Source: Vulcanimicrobiota bacterium
GTDB taxonomy: Bacteria; Vulcanimicrobiota; Xenobia; Xenobiales; JADMJV01
Direction: 5' to 3'
NCBI GenBank assembly: GCA_050250895.1
Contig: JBFWNU010000001.1
Location: 2,948,891-3,012,890, forward strand
DNA length: 64,000 bases
Shown: one piece after another, positions 1 to 10,200 of the stretch
Numbering within the stretch: position 1 is the stretch's first letter
How the letters are laid out: every line of letters begins with the position of its first letter
The notes under the pieces: model-generated
What the model was told of the DNA's origin: nothing
Seen by the model: only the letters and a program-made list of their open reading frames with translations
The model's database searches: none
Translations under genes and position numbers: made by a program

Positions 1-969
1 TTTCTCAGCCAACACCTGGGCGACCTCGAAAGCCTCGAGACCCTCGAGTTCTTTCGGCGGGCGGTAGCGCACCTGAGCGGCCTCTACCGCCTCGAGCCCG
101 AGTATCTCTGTGCCGACCTGCACCCCGGTTATCTGTCCACCCGCTGGGCCGAAGAGCAATCTCACCCCGTGCTACGAGTGCAGCATCACCACGCCCACCT
201 GGCCGCTCTGATGGCCGAGCACGGTTTGCCGGCCGAGTCGCGCATTCTCGGCCTGGTTTTTGACGGCACTGGTCTTGGCACCGACGGCACCATCTGGGGA
301 GGCGAGTTGCTTGAGGCCGGTTACGCCGACTTCGAGCGCAAAGCCTATCTCACCAGCGTGCCCATGGCCGGCGGCGACGCGGCCGTGCGCGAGCCCTGGC
401 GCATGGCGGCGGCTCACCTGTGGGCGGCCGGACTGCCCTGGCCCCAGGACGCTCCGCTCGTCTTGCGCCAGCAGCTCGAGCGGGCCGTCAACACTGTGCC
501 GACCTCGAGCATGGGTCGCCTTTTTGACGCCGTGGCTGCCCTGATCGGCCTGCGTCGCCAGGTCGATTACGAGGCCCAGGCGGCCATCGAAATCGAGGGT
601 CTGGCCGACCGCACCGCGCCGGGCAGCTACGGGTTCGGCTATCCTCTCGATCCCGCCCCGGTGCTCTCCGCCATTCTAACCGACCTGGCGGCCGGCTGCT
701 CGCCGGGGGCCATCTCGATGCGCTTTCATCGAGGCCTGGCCGAGGCTTGCCTGCGCCTCTGCCGTGAGCATGACCGTGGGTTGCCGGTGGGCCTGTCGGG
801 AGGCGTCTTTCAAAACATGCTTTTGCTGGACCTGGTGGTAACCGGGCTGGAGAACGCGGGATTTACGGTGCTGACGCATCGGTTGGTGCCACCCAACGAC
901 GGCGGGCTGGCCCTGGGCCAACTGGTCATTGCAGCCTGCCAATGGAAAGGAGCGAGACCATGTGCTTAG
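1..969 (+). CDS. hypF: Carbamoyltransferase HypF, C-terminal part (5'-truncated by window)
   Basis: Frame open from base 1: SQHLGDL, DLHPGY, VQHHHAH, DGTGLGTDGTIWGGE, SSMGRLFDAV and PPNDGGLALGQ motifs; directly upstream of hypCDE. Confidence 0.96.
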   Translation, partial: FLSQHLGDLESLETLEFFRRAVAHLSGLYRLEPEYLCADLHPGYLSTRWAEEQSHPVLRVQHHHAHLAALMAEHGLPAESRILGLVFDGTGLGTDGTIWGGELLEAGYADFERKAYLTSVPMAGGDAAVREPWRMAAAHLWAAGLPWPQDAPLVLRQQLERAVNTVPTSSMGRLFDAVAALIGLRRQVDYEAQAAIEIEGLADRTAPGSYGFGYPLDPAPVLSAILTDLAAGCSPGAISMRFHRGLAEACLRLCREHDRGLPVGLSGGVFQNMLLLDLVVTGLENAGFTVLTHRLVPPNDGGLALGQLVIAACQWKGARPCA

Positions 970-1211
970 GAGTTCCCGGAAAGGTGCTCGAGACCTATGA
1001 GTCTCACGGCACCCTCATGGGCAAAGTCGATTTTGGAGGGATCAAGAAAGAGGTCTGCCTGGCCTATGTTCCCGACATCCAGGTAGGCGACTACGCCATC
1101 GTCCACGTCGGTTTTGCCATCACCCGCCTGGACGAGGCTTCGGCCTTAGAGACGCTGTCGCTGTTCGAACAGATGGGTGTGTTAGAAGAAGAATTGGGGG
1201 CCCAAGCATGA
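960..1211 (+). CDS. hypC: Hydrogenase assembly chaperone HypC
   Basis: MCLGVPG N-terminus at ATG 960, with AAGGAG RBS; VHVGFAI motif. Confidence 0.96.
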   Translation: MCLGVPGKVLETYESHGTLMGKVDFGGIKKEVCLAYVPDIQVGDYAIVHVGFAITRLDEASALETLSLFEQMGVLEEELGAQA

Positions 1212-2308
1212 AATACCTCAAGGAGTTTCGCGATCCCGAACTGGCCGGCCGGCTGCTCGACGAGATCAAGCGTACCATCACTCGTCCCTGGGCGGTCATG
1301 GAGGTGTGCGGAGGCCAGACCCATTCCATTATCCGCAACGGCATCGACCAGTTGCTGCCCGACCAGCTCGAACTGATTCACGGGCCCGGCTGCCCGGTCT
1401 GCGTGACCCCCCTGGAGATGATCGACAAGGCCCTCGAGATCGCCTCGCGCCCCGAGGTCATCTTCTGCTCGTTTGGCGATATGCTGAGGGTGCCCGGCAG
1501 CGAGAAAGACCTCTTTCGGGTCAAGAGCGAGGGCGGCGACGTGCGGGTCGTCTATTCGCCGCTCGACGCCCTCAAGGTGGCCCGCGAGAACCCCGACAAG
1601 CAGGTAGTCTTCTTCGGCATCGGCTTCGAGACGACGGCCCCGGCCAACGCCATGGCCGTGTTCCAGGCCAAACAGCAGGGCCTCGACAACTTCTCGATGC
1701 TGGTCTCGCATGTGCTGGTCCCTCCCGCCATCGCGGCTTTGATGGAAGACCCCGAGAACCGCGTTCAGGGCTTTTTGGCGGCCGGCCATGTCTGCAGTGT
1801 GATGGGGTATGAAGAGTATTATCCGCTGGCCGAACGCTACCAGGTGCCCATCGTGGTCACGGGCTTCGAGCCGCTCGACCTGCTCGAGGGTCTGCGCCGC
1901 ATCGTGCACCAGCTTGAAGAGGGACGCCACGAGGTGGAGAACGCCTACCCCCGGGCCGTGCGCCGCGAGGGCAATCAGCCCGCCCGCCAGATGCTCGAGC
2001 AAGTCTTCGAAAACACCGACCGGGCCTGGCGTGGCATCGGCGTCATACCCCAGAGCGGTTGGAAGCTGCGCCCCGAGTTCGCGCACTTTGACGCCCACCA
2101 GCGCTTCTCGGTCGAGAACATCCAGGCGGTCGAGTCGCCCGACTGCCACAGCGGCGAGGTGCTCAAGGGCACTCTCAAGCCTAACCAATGCCCCGCCTTC
2201 GGCACCATCTGCACTCCCCGCACTCCGCTGGGAGCCACCATGGTCTCGAGCGAGGGAGCCTGCGCGGCCTACTATCAGCACCGGCGCTTCCAGGCGGTGT
2301 CCCATTAG
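1208..2308 (+). CDS. hypD: Hydrogenase maturation protein HypD
   Basis: [21 protein letters not shown] and [17 protein letters not shown] motifs. Confidence 0.97.
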   Translation: MKYLKEFRDPELAGRLLDEIKRTITRPWAVMEVCGGQTHSIIRNGIDQLLPDQLELIHGPGCPVCVTPLEMIDKALEIASRPEVIFCSFGDMLRVPGSEKDLFRVKSEGGDVRVVYSPLDALKVARENPDKQVVFFGIGFETTAPANAMAVFQAKQQGLDNFSMLVSHVLVPPAIAALMEDPENRVQGFLAAGHVCSVMGYEEYYPLAERYQVPIVVTGFEPLDLLEGLRRIVHQLEEGRHEVENAYPRAVRREGNQPARQMLEQVFENTDRAWRGIGVIPQSGWKLRPEFAHFDAHQRFSVENIQAVESPDCHSGEVLKGTLKPNQCPAFGTICTPRTPLGATMVSSEGACAAYYQHRRFQAVSH

Positions 2309-2339
2309 CAAGACCGACTTCTCGGGCTGGAGCTGCCCC

Positions 2340-3356
2340 ATGCCCCTGCGCGACTATCCCCGCATCGTGATGGGTCACGGCGGGGGAGGCAAGCTCTCGA
2401 GCGAGCTGGTCGAGCACCTCTTTCTGCCCGCCTTTGGCGATGCCACCCTGGCTCGGCTGGGGGACGCTGCCGTGCTCGAGGTGGGCGACCTGCGGCTGGC
2501 TTTCTCGACCGATACCTTCGTGGTCAACCCGCTGTTTTTCCCGGGAGGCGATATCGGCGAACTGGCCATCAACGGCACCGTGAACGACCTGGCCATGATG
2601 GGAGCCAGACCGCTCTATCTCAGCGCCGCTTTCGTGCTTGAAGAGGGCTTTGCCACCGAAGACCTGGCTCGCATCGCCCACTCGATGGGCCGGGCTGCCC
2701 GGGCGGCCGGAGTGCGCCTGGTGACGGGCGACACCAAGGTGGTCGAGCGCGGCCACGGCCACGGAGTCTACATCAACACGGCCGGTATCGGTCTGCTTGC
2801 TCCCGGCTGTCACCTTGGTCCCGACCAGGCTCGCCTGGGCGATGTGGTGCTGGTGAGCGGCCCTATCGGCAACCACGGTATGGCCATCATGAGCGTGCGC
2901 GAGGGGCTCGAGTTCGAGACCACCATCAAGACCGATTCGGCTCCTCTGTCCGGGCTGGTCGAGGACATGCTGGCGGCAGGCACGGTCCACGCCCTGCGCG
3001 ACCCGACCCGGGGCGGAGTGGCCTCGGCCCTCAACGAGCTCGCTCGGGCCTCGCAGGTGGGCATCGTGCTGAGCGAGGCGGACCTGCCGGTCGACCCCTC
3101 GGTGGCCTCGGCTTGCGAACTGCTCGGCCTGGACCCCCTCTTCGTGGCCAACGAAGGCAAGCTGGTGGCCATCGTGCCGGAACGCTCGGCCCCCGCGGTG
3201 CTGGCCGCCATGCAGGCTCACCCCCTGGGCCAGCAGGCCGCCCTCATCGGCCGCGTGACGGCCGAGAACCCCGGCATCGTGGCGGCCCGCACGCCCTTTG
3301 GCGGCACCCGGGTGGTGGACACCCAGGTGGGCGAGCAGTTGCCTCGCATCTGCTGA
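2340..3356 (+). CDS. hypE: Carbamoyl dehydratase HypE (start may be upstream, ATT at 2304)
   Basis: HGGGG, GTVNDLAM, DPTRGG, ANEGK motifs and the C-terminal LPRIC. Confidence 0.96.
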   Translation: MPLRDYPRIVMGHGGGGKLSSELVEHLFLPAFGDATLARLGDAAVLEVGDLRLAFSTDTFVVNPLFFPGGDIGELAINGTVNDLAMMGARPLYLSAAFVLEEGFATEDLARIAHSMGRAARAAGVRLVTGDTKVVERGHGHGVYINTAGIGLLAPGCHLGPDQARLGDVVLVSGPIGNHGMAIMSVREGLEFETTIKTDSAPLSGLVEDMLAAGTVHALRDPTRGGVASALNELARASQVGIVLSEADLPVDPSVASACELLGLDPLFVANEGKLVAIVPERSAPAVLAAMQAHPLGQQAALIGRVTAENPGIVAARTPFGGTRVVDTQVGEQLPRIC

Positions 3357-3798
3357 TTGCTCGCGAGGCTCGCGTTGCTCGCGTCGCTCGCGAGGGGAGC
3401 GACGACTGCGTCGTCGAGAGGGGAGCCCCGTGGCTTCGCCGGGGAGATGGGAGCGACGACTTCGTCGTCGAGATGGGAGCGAAGCTCGCGGGGCTCGCTT
3501 CGGGTTTTTGAGGTACTCGACGCTTCGCGTCGTAACTTTTGGGCGGCTGCGCCGCCGCGGGGGTGGGCTCAGGGGCGTTCGGTGAGTCCATGGACGGCGG
3601 TGTAGCGGGGGTAGTTGGGCACAGAGGAAGGAGCGACGACTGCGTCGTCGAGAGGGGAGCCCCGTGGCTTCGCCGGGGAGAGAGGAGCGCTATCTCGCTT
3701 AGGCTCGATAGCGAGGAAGGAGCGAAGCTCGCGGGGCTCGCTTCGGGTTTTTGAGGTACTCGACGCTTCGCGTCGTAACTCCGGGGCGGCTGCGCCGT
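3357..3798. repeat. Duplicated array of short GC-rich hairpins joined by GGAG-containing linkers (REP/BIME-like mosaic or structured RNA)
   Basis: Blocks ggagcgacgactgcgtcgtcgagaggggagccccgtggcttcgccggggaga (~3396 and ~3630) and ggagcgaagctcgcggggctcgcttcgggtttttgaggtactcgacgcttcgcgtcgtaact (~3476 and ~3719) each occur twice. Confidence 0.75.
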
Positions 3799-3847
3799 GG
3801 GGCCCGAGCGCAGGGTTTCGTGGGCGGGTTTGGAAAGAGCGTAGGCG

Positions 3848-4219
3848 GTGGCTGATGTCTTCGACCTGAATACCTACCTCGAGAACACCCGCGTCGAGGC
3901 TATGACGCCTATCAGGCTCGGGTGCGCGCCTATCAGACGCGGAAAGACTCAGGACCTGCTGCTCTGGGTGCAGTATGCTGTCCGCGAAGGAGGCCATGCC
4001 GGGCTTTCCCGCTGGCGAGAGGCCCCGCAGCGACTCCAGACGCGCCCGATGGCCTCGGCCGCGAGTCGCTACGCTTACTGGAAGTTGTTTGGTCTGTTGC
4101 GCCTGCAGGGCGATCACGCCGAGGCCGACGGTTTGCTTTGTCGACGTTTGCTGCGGGCAAGTTTTCGTCTCGACGGGGGCCAGATCGTTGCCTGGGAGCC
4201 TCCTCCCCAGGTGCTCTGA
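3848..4219 (+). pseudogene. Internally deleted paralog of the adjacent GHKL-like gene
   Basis: N-terminal DLNTYL matches the gene at 4219; C-terminal YWKL...ADGLLCRRLLRASFRL matches FWRL...ADQRLCKRLLFGSFRL at ~6150-6299. Confidence 0.65.
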
Positions 4220-6299
4220 TGGCGCTTGACTTGAACACCTACCTCGACCAGGTGCGGCGCGAGGGGAGACTCGACTCCGATGGCCAGTTCGTCTTGTCTC
4301 CCGAGAAGGCGCTCGAGAAGATGCGCGCCTTTCAACTGGCCGCGCCCGAACTGTATGTCGTTCATCTGCTGGCGGCGGCGGTGGCCCGGGGCGCGACCTT
4401 CTTTCGGGTGATGACCGCCAATCGCGGCGTCGAGTTCAATTTCGACGGTCTTCCGCTGGAGCGCGAAGAACTGGACGGGCTGTTCTCGGCCTTGTTAAGC
4501 CAGGGCAGTCCGACCTGGCAACGTGAGTTGGCCATTGGGGTGAACGGCGCCCTGGCTCTCGAGCCCGAACGGGTGAGCGTCGACACCTGGGCCTCTGGCC
4601 AGGGCTGGAGCCTGGTTTGCCAGGGTCAACAGATTCAGCTCGACGCCCGAGCCCACGGGTGGCGACCCGGCGCTGCCGGCACCCGCGTGCTGGTCGAGTT
4701 GGAGTTTAGTCTGCAGCGCACGTTTCGGCGTCTTAGTTCAGCCACCACCGAGCTGAAACTGCTCATGCAGATGTGCCGGTACGCCCCCTTGAGCCTGAAG
4801 GTCGACTCTTTGCTGGTGAGTCACCCGGTCTCGATGGGGGCCGGCTCGAACACGGCGCTGGCCAGATGTCGACTGCAAGCCGACCCGGCCCCTCCGGGAG
4901 CCAGCCTGGTGATTCAGCCGCTGCAAGAGCGGGAAGCGCCCTTCTGCACCGAGGAATCGGCCACCAGCCCCGGCGATTTCGCTGCCCTATTGGTGCTCGA
5001 GTCGGCCCGAAAGGCGCGCGAGCACGGCCTGACCCTGGTGGTCAACGGAGTCAACTTTCGGCGCTCCCAAGAGGTGTTGGGGTTCCCTCTGGCCTGCGGA
5101 GTGGTGAGCGCTCCGTTCTTGTCCAAGAACCTTTCTCACACCGACCTGGTGGAAGACTCCTCTTATGAGCAGTTGCTCGAACAGTTGCGCCAGCAGGTGC
5201 AGGCAATGGTCCTACGGCGCTGTGGGTCGAGCCACCCGTTTGGGCGCTACCTGGGCCCCGAGTTGGCGCAGGCCCTTGAAGAGAGCTTTCCTGACCCGCC
5301 TCCCGGCGAGGTTCGTGAGTGGTACGCTCGGTATAAGATCCTCCGCAGCGGCGCTTCCGACCAGGACTTCGAAGCCGGTCTTGCAGCCCTGGCCGAGTTC
5401 CAGGCAGAGACAGCCCAGGCCTTCGAGATGAGCTTTTCCAAACGCAGTTCGAGCTTTTGCTCGAGAGTTGGACCGACCCGGCCGATACCCAGGGTCGAGT
5501 GATCCAGGCTCGGCGACTCTTGCGGCTTCTAGACGGCTCGGGCAGCCCGGACCAGGCGGACCTGGTGCGTTCCACCCTGGCGCTCGAGAACCAGCCGGGC
5601 TGGTCGACCGCCCGGCTGGGCACCGAGTGGGAGGATCACCGGTTGGCTCTGGGCCATCGGCTCGGTCAGCGATACGACCTGGCCGAGTCGCTCCACGCGC
5701 GCGATCAGACTACCGCCTGGGGCCCGTTTCTGCTGGGGCAACTGGCCCTGGTGACCGGACAGCGCGAACGAGCGGTGGAGTATTTTCAGCGCGCTCAATC
5801 GCTCGAACCCGAGTGGGGCTTTCTTTATGATGCTTGCGCCTGTGCCTTCGAGCGCCAGGACTCGCGCCGCGAGGCCTATCGCCAGCGGGTGCGAGCCTAT
5901 GAATTGCGAAAGCCGTCCTCGGGCAGTGTGCTGTGGTTGCAGTGGTTGTCGAGGCAATCGCGGGGGGCCGCCCCGCTGCTGGAATGGGTGCGCTGGTGCG
6001 CCCGGGCGGGCCGCGCCAGCTTTCAGCTCGGCATGGCCGAGAATCAGCTATGGTATGGTGTGGAGCGGGCCCAATCGCAGGCACTTGTCTGCTGGCTGGA
6101 ACTGGAGGACTCGAACCGAAACGTGGCGAGGACTTCGGCTTTGTCGAGCTATTTGTTCTGGCGCTTGCATGACCGATTATCGGCGGATGGTATGCTCGCC
6201 CAGGCCGACCAGCGGCTCTGCAAACGCCTGTTGTTCGGAAGTTTCCGGCTGCAGGACTGCACGGTGGTAGCCGATGCTCCGGTGCCCTCGCTGCTCTAG
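4219..6299 (+). pseudogene. Degenerate GHKL-ATPase-like protein with C-terminal TPR-like region; -1 frameshift at ~5421 (real or sequencing error)
   Basis: EGRLDSDGQF...EKMRAFQL..PELYVVHLLAAAVARGA N-terminus. One extra C at gcc/ctt (5419-5423) joins ORF 4219-5502 to ORF 5457-6299 as ...AQALRDELFQTQFELLLESW... Confidence 0.65.
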
Positions 6300-7177
6300 T
6301 CCTGCGGTTCGGGCTCGGCTTCGACCGGCTCGGTAGCTGGCGCCGGCTCGGGTTCAGGGGCGGGAGCGGCTTCGGCCGGGGCCGGGGCTGCCTCGGTGGG
6401 GCCGTTGCTGCGAACCCGATAGAGGACACCCTGATCGGTCTCGATCTGCTCGATGTGAGCCTCTTTGCCTTGCTGCTTGAGTTCTTCGGCCAGTCGTTCG
6501 GCGTTGTCGGGCTTGGCAAACGCCCCGTATTGCTGGGCCCCGGAGGGAGCGGTGGAAGGCTCGGGAAGGGGACGGGCCGGCTGTTCGGCCACCTCTTTCT
6601 CGACCGGTTTCTCGGCGGGCTTTTCGGCCACCGCCGGGGTGGGGCTGGGGGTCGGTGAAGCCTCGGGCTTCTCCTCAGGCTCGGTCTTTTCGGCGACTTC
6701 CTCGGGCTTGGCTTCGCTCTCGACCGGCTTGGTCTCTTCGGGCTTTTTCACCTCGGGTTTGGTTTCGTCGGGCTTTTTGACCTCGGGCTCTTTGGGCTCG
6801 GGAGCTTTGGCTACCGACTCGACCACGGGCACCTTGACCTTGGCCTCGGCGAGCATGGCCAGGGTGGGGCCGAGGTTGGCGATGGGCTTCTTGGGAGCCG
6901 GCTTCTCGGCCGTTTCTGCCGGCGCTTTGGCCTGGCTCGCGACCGGCTTCTCGATAAACTGGGCGGCCAGCAGGGCCGACTTCTCGACCGTCAGGACATC
7001 GACGGCTGCCATCTTCTTGGCGGGAGCCGCGGCCGGCGGTTCTTTGTGCGCAAGCAGCTTGCCGTCGAGCACCAAATGGCTGGCCCAGGCAAAGCCCACC
7101 AGGCCGAGCCAGATTGCCATGACCAGAAAGGCCGCGAATTTACCGAAAAAAGTGTCTTTATAGGCTGACTTGCGCAT
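6296..7177 (-). CDS. SPOR domain protein with N-terminal TM helix and Pro/Glu/Lys-rich linker
   Basis: Hydrophobic segment at about aa 14-33; QQYGAFAKPDNAERLAEELKQQG...LYRVR is SPOR-like. Confidence 0.8.
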   Translation of the reverse strand: MRKSAYKDTFFGKFAAFLVMAIWLGLVGFAWASHLVLDGKLLAHKEPPAAAPAKKMAAVDVLTVEKSALLAAQFIEKPVASQAKAPAETAEKPAPKKPIANLGPTLAMLAEAKVKVPVVESVAKAPEPKEPEVKKPDETKPEVKKPEETKPVESEAKPEEVAEKTEPEEKPEASPTPSPTPAVAEKPAEKPVEKEVAEQPARPLPEPSTAPSGAQQYGAFAKPDNAERLAEELKQQGKEAHIEQIETDQGVLYRVRSNGPTEAAPAPAEAAPAPEPEPAPATEPVEAEPEPQD

Positions 7178-7233
7178 AGACTTGAGTATTCTTCAAGCCT
7201 GGGACCTGGATCCTGTCGCCGAAGCGTTGAATT

Positions 7234-10200
7234 TTAGCTTTGCGCCACATCGACCTCGAAATCGCCGATGCGCACGCGCTCGTCGTCGCGTTCGAGTTCG
7301 AGGTTGGCCTTCGACTCGAGGCTCTCGGTCAGCGCCAGGATCTCGGCCACGTCTTTGGCCGCCGGGCCGAGGTTGGCCACAGCCGCGATCAGGTCTTTGC
7401 GATTGGGGTTGGCCAACACGGCGGTGTAGAGTTGGGTCTGGGCCCGGGCTCCGCGGCCCAGCGCGTGGCGTTGCACCAGACTCCAGAAATTCGGGTCTTT
7501 CTGGCTGAGAATGTCGACAGCAGCCTGGCCGACCTCGGCCTTTTGACGCTCGCTCTGGCAGGCGTCCATCAGCTTGAGGGCTGCCTGGGTGAAGGTCTCT
7601 TTCTTCAGGTCGACGGCCACGGCCATTAGCGGGGCGGCCTGATGGTCGGGCTGGCCGTCGGTGATGGCCTTGAGCAAGCGGTTGGTATCGGCGGCGGGCG
7701 GCTCCGCGGCCAGCATCTCGGTGGCCAGGTTGCGCATGGCCTGGGGATTGTCTCGGTTCAGGTTGGAGACGACCGAGCCGGGTTGGCCGAAGGCCCAGGC
7801 CAGCAAGGCTTTTCGCTCGGCGGTCGACTCGAGGCCTTCCAACAGTTGATTGGCCAGGGCCTGGCGAGGAGAGGCCGGCAGCAAGGCCAGGGTCTTCTTG
7901 CCCAATTCTGGCAGATCGGTGCGCGCGTAATACTGGTCCAGGTTGGCTACGACGGTGGGAGCCAGCTCGAGGGGAGTAGCCTCGGGGTGGTCCAGCAAGG
8001 CAGAATAGACAGCTTGCTGGGTCTCGTAGTGTTTGTCCGGCCCGACCATTCCCAGGGCCCACTCGGCCGCGCTTGCGAAGGGTGGCGCTTGCTTGAGTTC
8101 TTGCACCAGCAGCCGTCCGACCCTGGCTTTGTCTTCGTGAATCAGCTGCCGGTAGACGTTGCGGGAGTAGTCGAGCAACTGGTCGGGAGTATCGGCCTGC
8201 TTGGTGGTCAGGGTCTCCCGGTAGATTTTTACCCGCGAGATCGCGTCGCTGGCCGAGGCCAGGCTGGTGGCCAGTTGGGTCAGGTGGTTCTGGGGCAACA
8301 GGTCGACGGCGGCCTTGCTCAGCGTGTGCCGGTCGTCCCACGAACCGCTAGCGTGTTCGAGCCCAACGAGTTCGTTCATCAGAGCGGTCGGTGCTTGGGT
8401 GGCTTTGGCCAGCACCGGCTTCATCAGTTCCTGGAGTGTTTTCTCGGAGAGCTTCAAGCCTCGGGCCCAGCTGGCCATGGTGGCCGTTTCCTGGTGTCGG
8501 CTCAGTTCCTCGAGCAAGATTCCGGCCAGCTTGTGATTGAGTTCGAGTTCGCCGGCCGCGGTCACGATGGCCTGGGCGCTGCCCAGAAGCGGATGGCCCA
8601 GGACCCAGCGATGGATCTTCTTGCGGTCTTCGGGCTCCTCGAGTTGGCCCAGCCAGCGGTCAGCCAGTTCGGCGGCCGGGCGGGTGGCCTCGTCCTGCCG
8701 GAGTTTGTCGACAAAGAAGGCTCCCATCTGGTCGAAGTGAGCGGTGCTCCAGTAGTCGCTCATGCCTCCCAGCACGCCCTTACCGAACCGGGCGAAATCC
8801 TCGCCGGTTTCGAGTTTGGGAATGGTCAGGGCCTCGGCATAGACGGCGTTGCGGGTCTCGTAATGGTCGAATTTGGCCGCAAGCTCGAGGCCAAACTCGG
8901 CCGCCTGGCGGGTTTCGGGGTAGGCCGTCAAAGCCTCGAGCAAAGTCTCGCCCGCCTTTTGACGGTCGTCTTGAATCAGTCGTTGGTGGATGGCCCTGGC
9001 CAGACTCGCCAGCTCGGCCGGGGTGGAGGCTTGGCGCTGCTGGTAGGCCAGGTGGTTGGTGTGGGTAGCCGAGACCTCGTCGACCACCGCGTCCACCTTC
9101 TTGGCCAGTTCGACGGCCGGGCTGCACTCGGAGCCGAGCTGAGCGACGGCTGCCCGGCTGAGCAGGCTGGCGCTGCGCCAGTTAGTGCTGCCGTGCTTGG
9201 AAAGTTCGAAGAGGTCATCAGCCAGGTCATGGGGGGTCTGAGTCACGTCTCGGCATACTTTGGCGAGCAGCCCCAGGGCCAATTCCTGGCTGATCTTGCC
9301 GTAGAGCTCGAGCGCCCAGCCGGCCAGGGCCTGAGACTCGGGTCGCTGGGCCAGCTCTTCGAGCAGGGCCCGCCCCCGTGCGTAGCTGGGCTCGGCCAGA
9401 GCGGCGAAGTCCTGGGCCGTGCTGGCAGTGGGATGGGCAAAGACCCATTGGATCACCTTTTGGCGGTCCTCGGGCTCGCTCAGGCGGCCTACCATCGAGC
9501 GGGCAAACTCGGCCGCCGTCCGGGTCTCGGGGTCGGCCGCCAGGTGGTCGAGGAAATAGTTGCCCAGGGGCTCGATGTCGTTCTTGCTCCAGTAGCCGTC
9601 GAGGCGACCGAGAATCTTACCGCCCACTGCCGCCATGGCCTTGCCGCCCTCGAGAGCGGGCAGCTCGAGCAGGGTGCTGGTGATGGCCGTGCGGGTAGAG
9701 CATTGTTGGTAGCCTTTGGCCAGCTCCAATCCGAAGCGGGCGGGCCCGGCCGTCTCGGCAAAGGCGGTCAGCTTCTCGAGCGAGCGCTCGCCGACCGTGG
9801 CCTGGTCTTCTTGAATCAAGTGATTTTGCAGGTCGCGGGCCATCTCGGCCAGTTGCTCGGGAGTGCGAGCCGTGCGCGCTTTGAGCCCCCAGATGCGGAG
9901 GTCACGCACCGAATAGGACTGCAATCCCTGGCTCATTGCCTTGACCCAGCCCAGGGCGGTGGCATAGGCAGGCTGGTCCGCCAGTGCCTCGACCAGCGCC
10001 CCTTCGATCCCCACCGGACGATCCGCCATCTGCTCGGCAAACTCCACCACCGAGAGGGTGGGATGGGCGAACACTTCCTTCTGCAGATAGAGCATGCCGC
10101 CCTCACTGGGGGGCTTGAGGCGGCTGGCCCAGGTGGCCAGAGCGGAGCTCTCGGGAAAACGCTGTAACTCTTCGATCATCAGTGTGCCGCAGGGAGTTCG

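Noticed and set aside
1091-2341. 416-aa minus-strand ORF
   Set aside because: Antisense to hypC/hypD; no motifs.
3357-3798. CRISPR array
   Set aside because: No constant repeat with unique, regularly sized spacers; no cas genes.
7642-10167. 841-aa + strand ORF
   Set aside because: Antisense shadow of the 1244-aa gene, typical of high-GC DNA.
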